DNA from: Podarcis gaigeae
Taxonomy: Eukaryota
Length of the DNA: 64,000 nucleotides
NCBI GenBank assembly: GCA_964106915.2
Contig: OZ066919.1
Strand: one strand, 5' to 3'
Below, one piece after another: positions 12,906-26,100 of this stretch (within the stretch, counting starts at the first letter, position 1; every line of letters starts with the position of its first letter). The translations under genes were made by a program, and so were the position numbers. Under the pieces are notes generated by a model. That model did no database searches and was not told the DNA's origin. It was given only the letters and a program-made list of their open reading frames with translations.

Positions 12906-14708
12906 CTCCTTTCCACCTCACCCACGGGCAAATTCAGAGTGGAGAAAGGCAAAAGGAGCAATAAAAGGTGGAGCTGGAATATAGGAGGTCCACAAGATAT
13001 GGAGTAGTTGCCTATTTAAGTGACCCCACATGTTGATATTGTGAAGTGTGCGCAGCATAGGGCAAAACAACAGCAAGCACATTCCCTAGCAACTGTTTAC
13101 AAAAGCAGATAGCTACCTACCATTTATCTCGCAGAGCTGGACACCACCTATAAGCTGGAATGCTAAAGGTCATGTGTCCGTGAGCACCACTTCCTCCTGC
13201 TTGCTTTAGTGTGATATAACCGAGAGCCTGCCCTGTTCTGATGAGTTGGCGCATCATGACTTCAGAACCATTATCTCAATTCTGAGTCACCTGCTGTGTG
13301 GCTATAGCAGCAACTTTGGCAGCTAAATGGTTTGAAGCACGTATCCTTTCATCTGCCAGACCCCCCTACAATACAAATGATGTTGGCATGGCTGCATTTT
13401 GTCTACAGCAATTCAATAATTTGGAGACAACAATGTCTCACAGATCTCTGCTGGAAAGCATATTCAAACATGTACCATTGACTCCTGTGTTGATTACTCA
13501 CACAGGGGGCTTAAAAAAGAATGCAGTCATCAGCAAACACAACAGTGCACACAGAAAACAGGAAGATGGAAGCATTCAAAAGTACTAAAGAAAACCCTCC
13601 CCGTGCTCTTGCCAAACTCCTAATAATTTTGGCTTTCCAAAAAATAAAAAATAAAGTTGGATTATTCTGCTCTTCATGTATCAAAACAACCAATTAACAC
13701 AGCTAATTAACGTCATGAACAGCAGTCAAAAGAATGGTAATTTAAATTCAGGATTTCAAAGCTTTGCTGATCGTGGGCCAATGCAGCTAAGCACAGGGAG
13801 GCTGAAAGTGTTTGCTTATTGCAATACAATTTTATAGTGTACCATCAATTAGCAGCATCACAGGGAATGCTCACTCGCATGATTCATTTGTCTAATCAGA
13901 ACAAAAAAAGGGACGAAAAAGAGAGGGGGAGAAATAACACTCCTTAATGTATGCAGTATCAATTTTTCCAAATAATTTATACCGTAGCTGGAAATGATTG
14001 TGAAGAACAAATTGTCCTTCTTTAAAGTGTACTGGCATACAGAGTTTGTTTTTCTTCCCTCTAGGGTGTTCAGAATATGAAATATGGCACAACAGGGTCA
14101 AAGAATCATAGGACATTTTGGAAATCATTCCTTAAGAAGTTTGCAGCACAGCCCCAGACATGTCTGCTCAGATGTAAATCCCACTGAGTTCAATGGAACT
14201 TACTCCCAAGTAGGTGTGTACAGAATTGCAAATTACTAGCAAAATAAAGACTGTCAGAGGATATCATGATTTGCCCCTAGCATCTTGGTATCTTTTGGAC
14301 ACAAAATGCCTGTAGTGAACATGGCCAAGAATATCCAGGAAAGGATATTGTAACTTCTGTTGTGAAATTCTCTCTTGCCATTGCTTTCAACACTGCACAC
14401 ATCCTCATCATCCAGACACTCTTTGCTTCTTCCATGCGCACAGTGCACTGGTGCTGCCATCTTGCTTAAAAACAGCCATTTCTTGTGTTTTCTGTCACAA
14501 CTGCCTACTCCTTAGATTTTGAAGATTCTACCAGCAACCCATCCCTGTCCTCAACACTTGACAAGTTTATTCCTCTCTTCCAGTAAACTATTCTCCTAGA
14601 TCATCTTTTCTTTCCTTCCTTCCTTCTTTTTTTTTGAAGTGGACTTCGCTGAGTTTCTAGAATTTCCTTCTAAGTCTGAGGTTGGAGAACTTTTACCAGT
14701 TTCTTATA

Positions 14709-14949
14709 CAGTCGTATCTTGGATCTCTAACGCCTTGGCTCCCAAACAAATTGGCTTCCAAACTATCGAAACCTGGAAGTGAGTGTTCTGGTTTTTGAAC
14801 AATTTTCAGAAGCCAAACGTCCAGCATGGCTTCCTTTTGGTAGCAGGAGCTTCATGCAGCCAATCAGAAGCTGCGCTTTGGTTTCCGAACGTTTTGGAAG
14901 TCGAACGGACTTCTGGGATGAATTCCGTTTGACTTCCAAGGTACGACTG
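14709..14949. mobile_element. Tc1/mariner-pogo (Tigger-like) MITE, 241 bp
   Basis: 15-bp TIRs CAGTCGTATCTTGGA / TCCAAGGTACGACTG (one mismatch), flanked by TA on both sides. Confidence 0.88.
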
Positions 14950-17291
14950 TACTCTGCTTAACCAAACCCAAGCCTGGTTGCCAGTGGCAGGCAGTCTGGT
15001 GGGGGCAGAGCTGCAGAATCACTTTGCCAATGCTGGCAGTGTTATAGCTTATCAAGATGGAAACGGGGCTGCATGGAAACTTCCACCATGGCCATTTGCC
15101 ATTACTGCCAGTGAGCCCCCACAACCTTGTCACCACAACTACCCTGCTCTTCTCCAATCCCATCCAAGTAAACTGTAGAGACATGGCTGTCTTCCACCAT
15201 ACTGGTTGCTCAACTGAATGCATTGTCTCCTTGATACCGGTGTCCCCGCTTCCCTTCCTCCAATTTTAGATAATAAGCTCCTCAGTCAGGAAACTGGTTT
15301 TTCATTCACTAGGTTGTAAAGTGCAAAGTACATGGATAATATTATATTATTAACAGACAGCAACAGCAACAATAATCATGGTTCTCTTTCTATTATACAG
15401 AGAAACAGTGGTGAAAAAAGTTAACATGCAGCTCAGAGTGGTTTTCTGTAAATCCTTGGGACTATTACCACTTTTTAAGGCATAAAGCTCTAATGAAGAT
15501 CTATAGACTCAATCTCCCGAAGTCACGGTTTGAATCCCTGCCTCCTTTTTATTAAGCTCTGGCCGCTCTTGCCCACTCAATCATCCTTAGCATAAAGGAG
15601 TGCATTAGCTGCTTCTTTCATCCTATATAGAAAGAGATTTTCATATCATGTTGCAGATTTTTGATAAAATGCCTAAATAATGGGCATTTATTAAAAGTCA
15701 TGTGCTTTATGTGGATGTGCTATCAATTCTGGTAGTGAAAGACAGAGGCAGATGTAAAGGTCAGATCGTAATCAACAAGATGAAGCTGAAGGCCCAACAA
15801 TCATCCTATTTATTATGTATCTGATGTAGCTCATCTCCCACCTCCCAGAACATGAGATTCAACACAATGTACTTGTTTAGCCAACTTAGGGACTCAAAGC
15901 CGCATCTTACAGCATGAAGACTGCTGTGTTTTGCCCTGTTTATCCTTTAGTTCTAAAAGTATTTCTGTGCAAAATCTGCCAGTCAGACAAGTCAGGAGGA
16001 TGCTGTCTGAGTCATCCATAGTTATTTACTTATTGTTCACTTACTTAGAGTCATTAACCATAGAAAATAGTGCTGTTCTGTTCTAGTGGTTTCAGCTAGC
16101 ACTGTAAAGAACATCTTTGGGCTCCAACTATGTTTTATTCTGGAGAGCTTATCTCTGTGAGAACAAAGTTTTAGTTTCACATCAAGCATTGCAGCCTTCA
16201 CCCAAGTTCCACAAAGTCTACCTTTCGTGAATTTACACCAATGACTAAACTTAATCTGAACTTCATTTGTGTGCATTTTAATTGTGACTTAATGGATATG
16301 CAAAATGCTATACATTACAATTAATAAGCCCAGCTAGCAGGGGGGAAAGGAAGTCTCATAATGCACCTTGTAGAGTCAGGCCATTATCAATCACCATTTT
16401 AATGAAGCATAATTACATCCGTTTATGGTTCCCACCAGGTAAGGCAATAATGGTAGGTGCAACCAAATAAACAGAGAAAACGAGTTGCTTCTTAGAGCTA
16501 ATATTAATTGAACAACAGTAACTGGGCAGGCCAAAGCTGCCCCCCTACAAAGCCATAAAAATAACAGTACTGGTTAAAATCCAAGAGAATATAAGTAATG
16601 TGAACTGGAAGTAGTTAATTAACAGTGCAGAAACCACTTTAGGTGAAGTAAAGCCACACACTATTGAGTCAGTTAAATTAAGAAGTCATTTCGGCACAGC
16701 CAGTATCTTCAGACCACATAATAGCTCATGAATTTTCCACTTTAAAAAATGTTGCTCTTTAGATGCATGTTCAAACAGGGGTTTCACTTTAGGACAGATG
16801 TTCAAATGCATCATTTCCAGTAGTGGATGGCTTGGTGGGGCAACACCAGTCACTCAACCTCTGGCTGGCCATGATACTACTGCTTTCTGAGAGGCAGAGC
16901 TAGGAGATGAAGCAGTGGGCAGATTAGCATAGTGCAAATACATGGGCTGGAGAGCTAGATTTGCTCTCCCAGTGTGTTCGCACCACCATTGTCCCTCCCC
17001 CTCTACTCCCTCAAACTTCTCAACTGAGCAGAGACATATTACACATGGACAATTTGAATTTCCACTGCCTTATTCACATTTCTGATGGACAACTGGAGGT
17101 CAGGAGTGAGATCAGCAGGCACTATCCCAGTCCCTGTCCATTCATACATTGAAAGAACATGTGAAAAGCACATGACAGAATTCTGCTGATGAAGTTAAGC
17201 AGGTCTGGCCTGGCCATGTAAGCTGCATCACTGACAAACAGCATGGGAACAATATTTAAGCAGTTCCAAGCTCTTTGGGGGAAGAAGCAGA

Positions 17292-17319
17292 GAAGCGTCT
17301 GTAACCCGAGGTACCACTG
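17292..17319 (-). mobile_element. Orphan terminal fragment of a Tc1/mariner MITE
   Basis: Reverse complement TA-CAGTGGTACCTCGGGTTACAGACGCTTC; no partner TIR found. Confidence 0.6.
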
Positions 17320-17369
17320 TAGTTATTGGAACATGAAGTCTCCCCTAACCCTGGGGGAATAACCCCCCC

Positions 17370-17700
17370 CATGTATGATTTTTCGTTGAGACCAATCCTG
17401 TGGAGAAATGAAATCTGAATGTGTGGTTTCCAGTGAAGAGAAATTGAGTCAATCTTGTTTTTCCTTTGACTGTGCTGAACTCCTTCTTCTTCTGCCCTCC
17501 TCCCCCTTTGGCTGCAGCTTGCAGGAGGAGCCAAGACACCACGGGACATAATGTAACATTACAGCCAGAAAGTTGGAGCTCTTTTATGATTTCCTTGCCC
17601 GGAACCATTGGAGAAGGAATACCTCCTAGTGGATTGGGCATGATCAATATTACACCCAGGATTTTCTTTTTTTCATGGGAGAGATTCATATGAAGGGGGC
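17370..17700 (-). pseudogene. Decayed L1 ORF1-like (RRM/CTD) fragment
   Basis: LQLSGCNVTLCPVVSWLLLQ...KKKEFSTVK, then after a frameshift KIDSISLHWKPHIQISFL. Resembles the L1 ORF1p pattern GxxIxIxPDLSxxxxxKRKEFxxV...IxxxWxxPxxLxF. Confidence 0.35.
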
Positions 17701-19384
17701 TGACTTTCAGCCACCTCAGACCCCACCCCCCCTCAGGGCCTTCTGAAGCAATAACTATTAATACATTACTTGCCATTTGTCTGATGCAATTCCTTGCTCC
17801 ACATCCATCTTTGGAGAGCTGACTTTCATTAACACTTCAAAAATAATTTAAGGTTTTCGCTGTGAAGGTTAGAAACTTTTCACAGCTCAGAGCTAATAGC
17901 TCTGCTGTTTATATGCTATAATGTCTTGATAACCTTTTCAAACCCACAGTGGCCAGCAGCTGGGACCTGCTCTTGCTATTTTTGTTCCCGGAAAGTAGCA
18001 GCAGAAATGCTGTGACTTTCTGCCCTTCGAATGGGCATTTCTTCTCTTTAGGCTTTTCTTTCATATTCACGCTAACAGAAAAGACCTCACCTTTTCTCCT
18101 GTACTGAAAGGCAACCAAACCTGCCTTTCCCAGGAGAAATGAACTAGTCAAACTGAATCGCAGAAACCCAGCTCCAAATCAAAGCTTTAATTTGAGTGAA
18201 GCATTGGGGAAAACAGTGGAGGAGTGTGGGGGAGAAAAAAATCTCAGGACCTCTCCCTAAAACATAGAAGCACTTTGTATATGTGCACACACACATACAT
18301 GATCTATGGCAGAGATCTTTCTGATATTTGACAGAGGTGACTGTCAAAGCTTATGTAATGGCACAAGACATGTCCAAGAGGTATCAGCAAGCTTGTGTGT
18401 ACCCCTGGGTTTGCAGAAATAGCAAAAATAAAACCCTCTATACAAACAAACCCAAGGGGTAGGGGAGGCAGAGATTAGTATTCAGCATGCATACACATCC
18501 ACCCCATACCCCCACTTGATGTTTGGTTTGCAGTAAGGCGATGTATATTTTTTTAAAAAAGAAAATATTAATAAATCTAAGAGAAACAGTAATATTTGCT
18601 ATTGGAAATGGGGGGGGGAGAGAGAAATGGGAGTTACTAACAAGAGTGATTCCAAACTGCTACTATTTTCAAGTGGGATTTAATCACATACTGGAAAATT
18701 AAGGCTGTGCAATTAAAATGGATATGGGGTGGGGGAGAGCAACCTACACACCTCAAAAAAATCAGACTTTTGGCGATAAGAAAGGTGATGCACTGGAAAG
18801 TGTGGAATAACATTTGCTTGACACAATATCATCTACCCTCCCTGAAAACAAATCAGAATCAATTCTTAGTAAGTAACCAGCGTCATCTAATCTTCCTGAA
18901 AACAAATCATGATGAATGATCCATAACCAAGGTGCTTGGAGGAAGAACAAAACTAGAGGGTTGTCCTGATCCACTCTGGGAGATCTCCCGCTTGCCTCTT
19001 TGCCTCCCTTTATCTACTTGTAGATTTGTAAATAAAGCAAATATTCCAGAAATTCTGTTGTCTCTGTTCCTTCTATTCCATTTAAACTGCTAAAGTACTA
19101 TTTGCCCTTATAGCAACCCAGCCAGGTTTTGTAGGCAGCTTAGCTAAATTCCCCAGAGAAAGTGACAAATTTAGTGGAAAGCAGCAATGAGTCAGGGTTA
19201 CAAAATAAGAATGGCTACAGATCAGGCAGTGGAACAGAAAGGAGATGAAATGGCCGAAGTAGCTAAATTAGGTCAGTGCATATGACTTTCCCGCTGCCGT
19301 TTTTAGGTTATGCAAATGACTCGGGGAGACAGAATTTTTAGGCTTCCCAAATTCACTGGCAGGGCTGAGAAAACACAGCCAAAA

Positions 19385-19730
19385 AGCAACCCACGATTTA
19401 CAGCTACTCCGGAATTGGGTCAACATACGGCAATGTGAAAATTAAAGTCAACAAATGCAAAGTAATGTTTGTTGCTGTGCGACTCTGGGATCCCCTGCTA
19501 GGCCTAATTTATATAAATGGCTCTGAGAAGCTGACTGAAAACTGGTTAAGTCTGCTGACAACATGGAATTGGGCATCCGAGTGGATGCAGCAGGAGGGGG
19601 GAGACCAGAAGAAGAAAGAAAAGCCAGCATAGAAATGTTAGAGTCTCTTTCTCCCAGCCATGTTGCTTGGCTGATGCGCAGCAAATGAGGCTTAATGTTG
19701 ACAAATGCAAAAGCAATGCATTTTATTTCT
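19385..19730 (+). mobile_element. Ancient CR1 ORF2 remnants
   Basis: Two degraded 'FNVxKCKxMH'-like motifs: aaagtcaacaaatgcaaagtaatg and aatgttgacaaatgcaaaagcaatgca. Confidence 0.45.
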
Positions 19731-21664
19731 TAACAAAAGCAGATGACAGAATAGGACTTTCCTGGGATCTCAGCAGGAGTAAGTTTGCAACATCCAGAGC
19801 AGATAACGGGGGAAGGAGGGGAAGAGGCTCTTTCTTCACATAGCACAACCAAAAGGTGCATTTTCACATAAGGAATAAGAAAGCAGAACTGCAGAAATAA
19901 CTTTCACCTGCTCAACTTTTCTTCTAAGTAAAAAGGAATGAATTGAAAAATATATTTGCAAATAGATGTATTTGAATAGTAAAAACTCCATTACTATCCT
20001 GCTCAAAACTGGCCCCTCCTGTAAACAGGCAAAATACTTATACCTCCCCCAGACAAATGTCACACAATTTTTAAAAAGCAGACAGCACCGCCAAACAAGC
20101 AACAATAAAAAGCCCATAAGCCTCAACTAAAAGGGGGGGGGGGGAGGAAGTGACAGGATGCCTTGGTGGGTGTCAAGGAGAATGTCTGAGGGTGTTACGG
20201 TGCCCATGGGTTCCATGCTGGGGACCCCTAAATGAAATGGCAAGAATAGCCAGAGATTAGCTGGAGACCAGGTTGAGGGGTTTTCATTCCTACCATGATG
20301 ATTGCTGATGGATGGATATACATTGAAAGTATCCTTTCAGTATGGGTATGCCTACATTTATGGGCCTTTGTCTTAATTTATGCTTCTGGGTTCATTCAGC
20401 ATGTATCTACATGGCTTAGAGGTGGGAAAGGGAAAGTATAACCTACAGGTCTGCCAGTTAATTGGGTCTCCTTAGCTGGGCCGTGTGTAGGTGTCATTTC
20501 CCCTGAACTCTGATGCTTTTCATATACCATACATTCCAGAGTAATCTTTCCCGTTCAGAATGCAAAACAAGAATCACTACCATTAGGCTGAGTGAGAGAG
20601 CCATGTCAGACATCTGATTTCAGGCATCATGAAAGGGCAATAAATGGTTTGCTATTTAATTTGTTTCTATTTTACTTTTACTACCAGGGAGGGAAGGAGG
20701 TGCTTGCGGGATTTTCTGACTCAGGTACTAAATAACTTGGCTGGCCTTGGTTATTACACACTTTGGCTTTCATTCATTCATTGGTTTGTCTATATGCCAC
20801 TTTTTGGCTCAATGGTCCCCCAAGCAGTGAACAGATTAATACAAAAGCAAATATAATATAAAATAGCAAGTATCATCCACACTTTGTGCACTAGTGAGCT
20901 GCATTCATGCTCTCACCACAAAGGCAGTTCCCCAGCATCTACCTCTCACTTAGAAGTCAGGTTGACTCACCTCTCCATCTTTGACCTAGGAGCAAGCCCA
21001 TTCACAAACAATTGCCAATGGGGAGTTTCCTCGCCCTCATCCTAACCCAAAGGACCAACTCAAAGAGTAACCTTCACCTTTAGCATCAGCTCCCCCTTTA
21101 GTGCTGCCTCAATCAGCCCACAGACACCTCCAATTAAACAGACTTCTCCTTAGCTAAGGTGTGGCCAAGTTCTCACTTTTGCTCTCCACAGGTGAGGCTA
21201 GATGGCTCCACCTTCTGGCTCCTCAACAGGCTGCTGTTCTCCACAGGTGCAGAAGCAGATGCAGTAAAGAAGAGTTGGGGAAGCTAAAGTTGGCATTCGT
21301 CTTCCTATTATTGTTACCTGCTGTCTCCATTTGTTTGTGTGAATGGAGGGGACAGGGGCACCATCTGCTTCTGCTCTAAACAGTGAATGCCTTGGGCTGG
21401 CCCTGCTTCCTAGCCATTGGCTCCATTAGGAAACACATGTCAGACATTCGGCACATTAGCAAGCAATGTCAAGCAAAAAAGGTTTGACCAGACAGCATCC
21501 ATAACAGCATGGTATAGAAAAGGAGTGGGAATGTTTTTAAGCCCAAGACCTTCTTTTCTTTCTGAGGAACCTTCCAGAAGCTAAATGCCACGGGTGGGTA
21601 GAGCCAAAGGCAAAGGTGGGCAGAGGAATGAATATGAATTTTACCTGTGTTCTGTAGGCTAGTT

Positions 21665-21667
<3 letters not shown>

Positions 21668-21708
<41 letters not shown>
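21668..21708 (+). repeat. (AC)20 microsatellite
   Basis: Directly visible. Confidence 0.98.
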
Positions 21709-21709
<1 letters not shown>

Positions 21710-22781
21710 CAACACCCTCTCCATCCATTCAGGAAAGCACAAACACTCAAGAAGAATGGAAAGCAAGGTTGGGGAGGGGTTTGTGTCCTGGGAGTACAAA
21801 GGGCCGGATAGAGAAGCCCTGCAGGCCTGTAGTTCTTCATCCCGGGTCCAGGTTAATGATCCAGACATTGGGAAGTACAACACACACCAGAATTACCATA
21901 GAAGCCAAAAGGAATAGTTGCAACTACAATAGGAGAAAAAGCAATGTCTAAACTGAGTAAAAAAGGAGGACATTGAGGATAAAATGCAAGGTCCTACCTT
22001 GACCACCAACTTTATAGCACAATTAAAACAACAATCGTTCTATAACTTCCAGTGAAGCAAGAAGCATCTGTTGACACCAGCATTAGAGTGACTAAATGAA
22101 TAAAAAGTCCTAAGCCACTGTAAAGAAGACCTGTGAAAGGAAAGGTAATATAAAGGGCTAGACACAGATGTACTGTATCAAATAAAATCCCAGTGCGTGA
22201 CCCCTTTAAAAACAAATCAACTCAAGCTTTCAGACCTTCTCTGTGCATTAAACCACTTGAAGCACAAGTCAAATAGTAGAGATCTCTGCAAGACCACAGT
22301 GTTGAATTCCCACCCCCAGTAATCCTACTAGTCCAAGGGCAGGTGGCCATTGGCAGATTTCAAGAGACTTGCTAAACATCTTGCTAAAGAAAGAAACAAT
22401 GGAAAGTACACCTAGAGAGCAGGCGGTAAATAGCACAAGTGGTTTCTATGCTAGCATGGGGGGGGGGGAACTATCTTCAGTTTTATCCAAATTATACAAT
22501 GAAAGTTTAAGGTATTTAAAATCAGGGATGTATGAAACCTTCCCGTTTCTATGGATATATCTAGTGATATTGCATGCCCAGGGTGATTATGTTCATTAGA
22601 GTTATATGTCATACCATTGCTGCAAAGGTCATTTGCATTCTGGTTTAACTACTCTGTAATCAGAACATATTCTTCCCCATCATGCCTCATTCCATGCAAT
22701 TGGTTTAACTGTCAATACTTTGGACAAGTCATCACTTCTTTTGCGTATTTGAATCAGCAATAACTGCTTGGAAACTTATTA

Positions 22782-23108
22782 TAGGAACACCCTGTTTTAT
22801 TGTATTTCACCTACATTGCTGCTTAGGAGGAGGTTGCAGGTGCAGCTGCAGGCAGCTCAGCTGCTTCCAGGAGAAGGAAGCCCCCTGCTTCTGCCGTCCC
22901 TCTTCTTGCCACAGGAGTGGAGCTGGCTAGGCCTGGAGGTGGGTTTTCCCTTCCCATTCCTGCAGTTTGCGGGTCATGGCTTAATAAGCAACTCTATAGT
23001 GTCAACATAACTTCTAAATGCACTGGGAAACCATTGTAACTCACTTTAGTACAATATTCACTTTATTGTGCTGGTCTGGAACTGAACCTGTATATCTATG
23101 AGTCTATT
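22782..23108 (+). mobile_element. Tigger1-like non-autonomous element (both ends plus GC-rich filler)
   Basis: The left end taggaacaccctgttttattgtatttcac and the right ~125 bp (tatagtgtcaacataacttctaaatgcactgggaaacca...ctttattgtgctggtctggaactgaacctg) match the recalled Tigger1 termini. TA flanks. Confidence 0.7.
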
Positions 23109-26100
23109 TAATCCTCTATTTATTCCTCACACACATCTACAACTACAAATATTAAATTTTCACTTTGCAAGGCAATCTCATGGTGGTTATTTTCAGTACC
23201 CGTTAACTATAACTAATAAGAAGGTATTTAGGAAATTATCGCCTGATTATTAAAGTTTGATTGCTAATGATAGTGGACCCCTCTGGTGGAGTTCATAGGA
23301 AATTTAAGAGAGAGAGAGAGAGAGGACTGACAGTCACATTGAAAGTCACCTCTTAAATCATTACAATATTAATTGTATACATCGTATTTAACTTTTGGGA
23401 CCAAATTCATGACACTCGCAAGATCAAAATCATGACAAGATTCAAGCAAACACTTGTGCTACTAGATTTGCTCATGTTCCTATACATACATACAACTCAC
23501 AAACCTGTATCTTATCCATGTTGTCACAGAAGCAACTCAAACTCTCATTGCCCAAACCATAAGTGCAAACATTTCCTGTTACAAAGCTAAAAAGAAGCAG
23601 ATAAAGTGCCTTATATCAGGTAAAGATGAGCAGGGAAAAGGTGCTATGGGGAAAAGCTCAAATGCAAATCACAGGACTTTAGAGCAGCAAGATTATGGGA
23701 ATGAGCAAGATAGAGGTAGTAGGAAGACATTAATAATTACCTGTCCCAAGGAAGGGGGAGTAAAGAGTTTTATTGCTTTCAGAGTTTTACTGTGACCTGC
23801 GGGTGCAAGGTCAGGGCTGGGTCTCGGACTCTCGGCAAAAACTAAGCACAAATTATTTGAGGCTAATCCGCCTGGACATCATTAACAGCAAGCTTGTGAG
23901 CTTTCAGAAAACAAGCAGAAAATATTTTCTAGTCTCAAGTGTTGATGGGGTGGCTCAAGGTAGGCTAGGTTTCATAAATTCCCACTGAGATAAATCCTCT
24001 CCCTACCCCAGGTTCCATGAAAAGGCTTCCTTTCAGGGTAACACTGGCTTGTGCTTCCTGCAAGGGTCTTAACTAATGTAAGAGGAGGAAATGGGCATGG
24101 CTAAGAAGCAGGGAAGCAGAAAGGAGGCAAGATTTGTGATCCAGGTAAGCTGAAGAAGTAGTCTGACTCCCAATGGCATCCATGGTGTCAGAGAGTTGGA
24201 ACAGGATGTTGTGGAAGAGCATCCTGGAGAATTTCAAAAAGCTGAATGAATAGGAGAGAGACATGGGACAGCTTCAGTGGAGAAAAATTGGTCATAGTGG
24301 AGAATGAGAAGTGTCCAGTTAGTTGTAAGAAAGAAACTTCTTGATGGGCATGAGCTGTAACACAAAGAGTGATCTCATTAAGGACAGGGCTGGAAGGAAG
24401 GGGCATTGAATGCCAAGGATATAGCTGTCAATAAACATCACAATACAATTTTCCTTCCAGAGAGAGGCAGGGAGGTCATGAGAGAGCTCTGGTTAATCAA
24501 AACTCACAGCCAGGTGACTGAGATGTCCCTCATTGGGAAAGGTGGGGATGTTTGCAAAGGAATATAATCCAATTAGTGGGAGAAGATGCTTGCTGGAGGA
24601 TGCCCTATTGTTACTTTCCTAGAGTTAATTGATAATTGAATAAGAGTTGAGTGGCAAAAGTTCCAGGAACTAATTAGGCTTGAGCATATGTCTTTCAGAC
24701 CCTTGCACAGTTCAATCTCAAGTACTGTTGTTGTTGGGGACTTTCTTTAGCTTACTGCTAAACTGGGATGTGCTTAAATTTGAACAATAATCACTTTCCC
24801 TGATTCACCACAATGGCACCAGGTGCGCTGCTCAGAGCAAAGCTAAAATGCACACACAGTCTCCGAGCAAGTGCAGAGATTCAGTTTAACTGAGTTCTCG
24901 GAAACACTAGATAAAAAAAGATAGAACCACCTTCTCTTTCAACAATTTGGAAGCTCAAAATGCAGTGGTTGACAATTAGCAACATCTTGATGAATGTCTG
25001 TATTTCTGGTTCTGACCAGCAACCAAACTTTTGGTGGTTCAAAATGCCTGGCTTCCTACTGCCCCCTTAACTCTGGGGCACAAATGCAGCTTCTCATTAA
25101 TATGAGGTAGTGTAGCAGACTAGCAATTGTGGAGGACATGATGAAGGCTGGACCACTACTGTGGGTGAGGCAGAGGATACCAGATGAAGCCACAGGCTGT
25201 TAAGGGCTGAGCTTCCTGATTCATTTGAGTCATTGTGCTTAACAAACACTGTGATAATTTCCTAGTGCACTACAGGGAAGAAAGACAGATTGATAGTTAC
25301 TACTCCTTTTCTGGTCTAAGAGTAAGCAGTAGAACATTGTGCCCTTGAAATCTGTAGAAGAGAGTGTTGGTTTCACTGTTGCAGCTGAGTGACAGAAGAC
25401 TGCATATTGGCAATGAAATGTTCAAAGAGGTATGAGCTGAAATCAGCTAAAGCAATGAAAGGTTCACCAATGCAAGTGAGGCTGCAACCAGCTCTGTCAG
25501 AAATGCATAAACATAATGCTGAGGCAGGCCACATATTGACCTGGAAGATTGATTTCACGGCCTCCTAGAAGGAACATTAACTGTCTATGGCTGGAGTCTG
25601 AAGGTGTACTTCGCTCTGGGCTTTCACTGCTCTTTAGATCTGGAGTCTTTGCATCAAAGGTCATCAAGATCAGCCAGTATATGATCCAAGTTAGGGGCCT
25701 GTCAGAAGAAAATCTCAGAAACAAATCACCCTGTAGCAGCAGCATTAGTTCCAGGTAGTTTAATGGGCCCGAGGTGCTTTGAAACAAGAGCTGCTCTTTA
25801 TGTTTTAGGGAGATATGATGGAATGCCACCTAAGAATAAGAGTTTTCTGGAAGCCCTGGTTACAGGCCTATAATTACTTGTCCTATAGATTAACAGGAAA
25901 CATACTAACAGAATATTAGGGACCAGGTTCGTTATATTCTTTAAACACAGTGAAACACAGTAGTACGTCTTAGGGCTTTTTATGTTAAATCTGTACATTA
26001 GCCCTAGCCCATTTCACACATGCTTGTGGGCTGCATCTGAGATACTTCATACAGGCTAGAGATGCATGCCCTTTTAAATATCATGGTCAAACACAAATAT

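Noticed and set aside
13237-13270. CTGATGAG motif suggesting a second hammerhead
   Set aside because: No GAAA core or NUH site in the required arrangement.
13341-13349. GTATCCTTT U12-donor-like motifs on the plus strand (also near 20329) and TCCTTAAC near 32599
   Set aside because: Wrong strand for AGBL4 and no associated exon.
24080-24400. Possible ancient L2 RT remnant on the minus strand
   Set aside because: Only a faint HxILxxLS resemblance; too degraded to support without a search.
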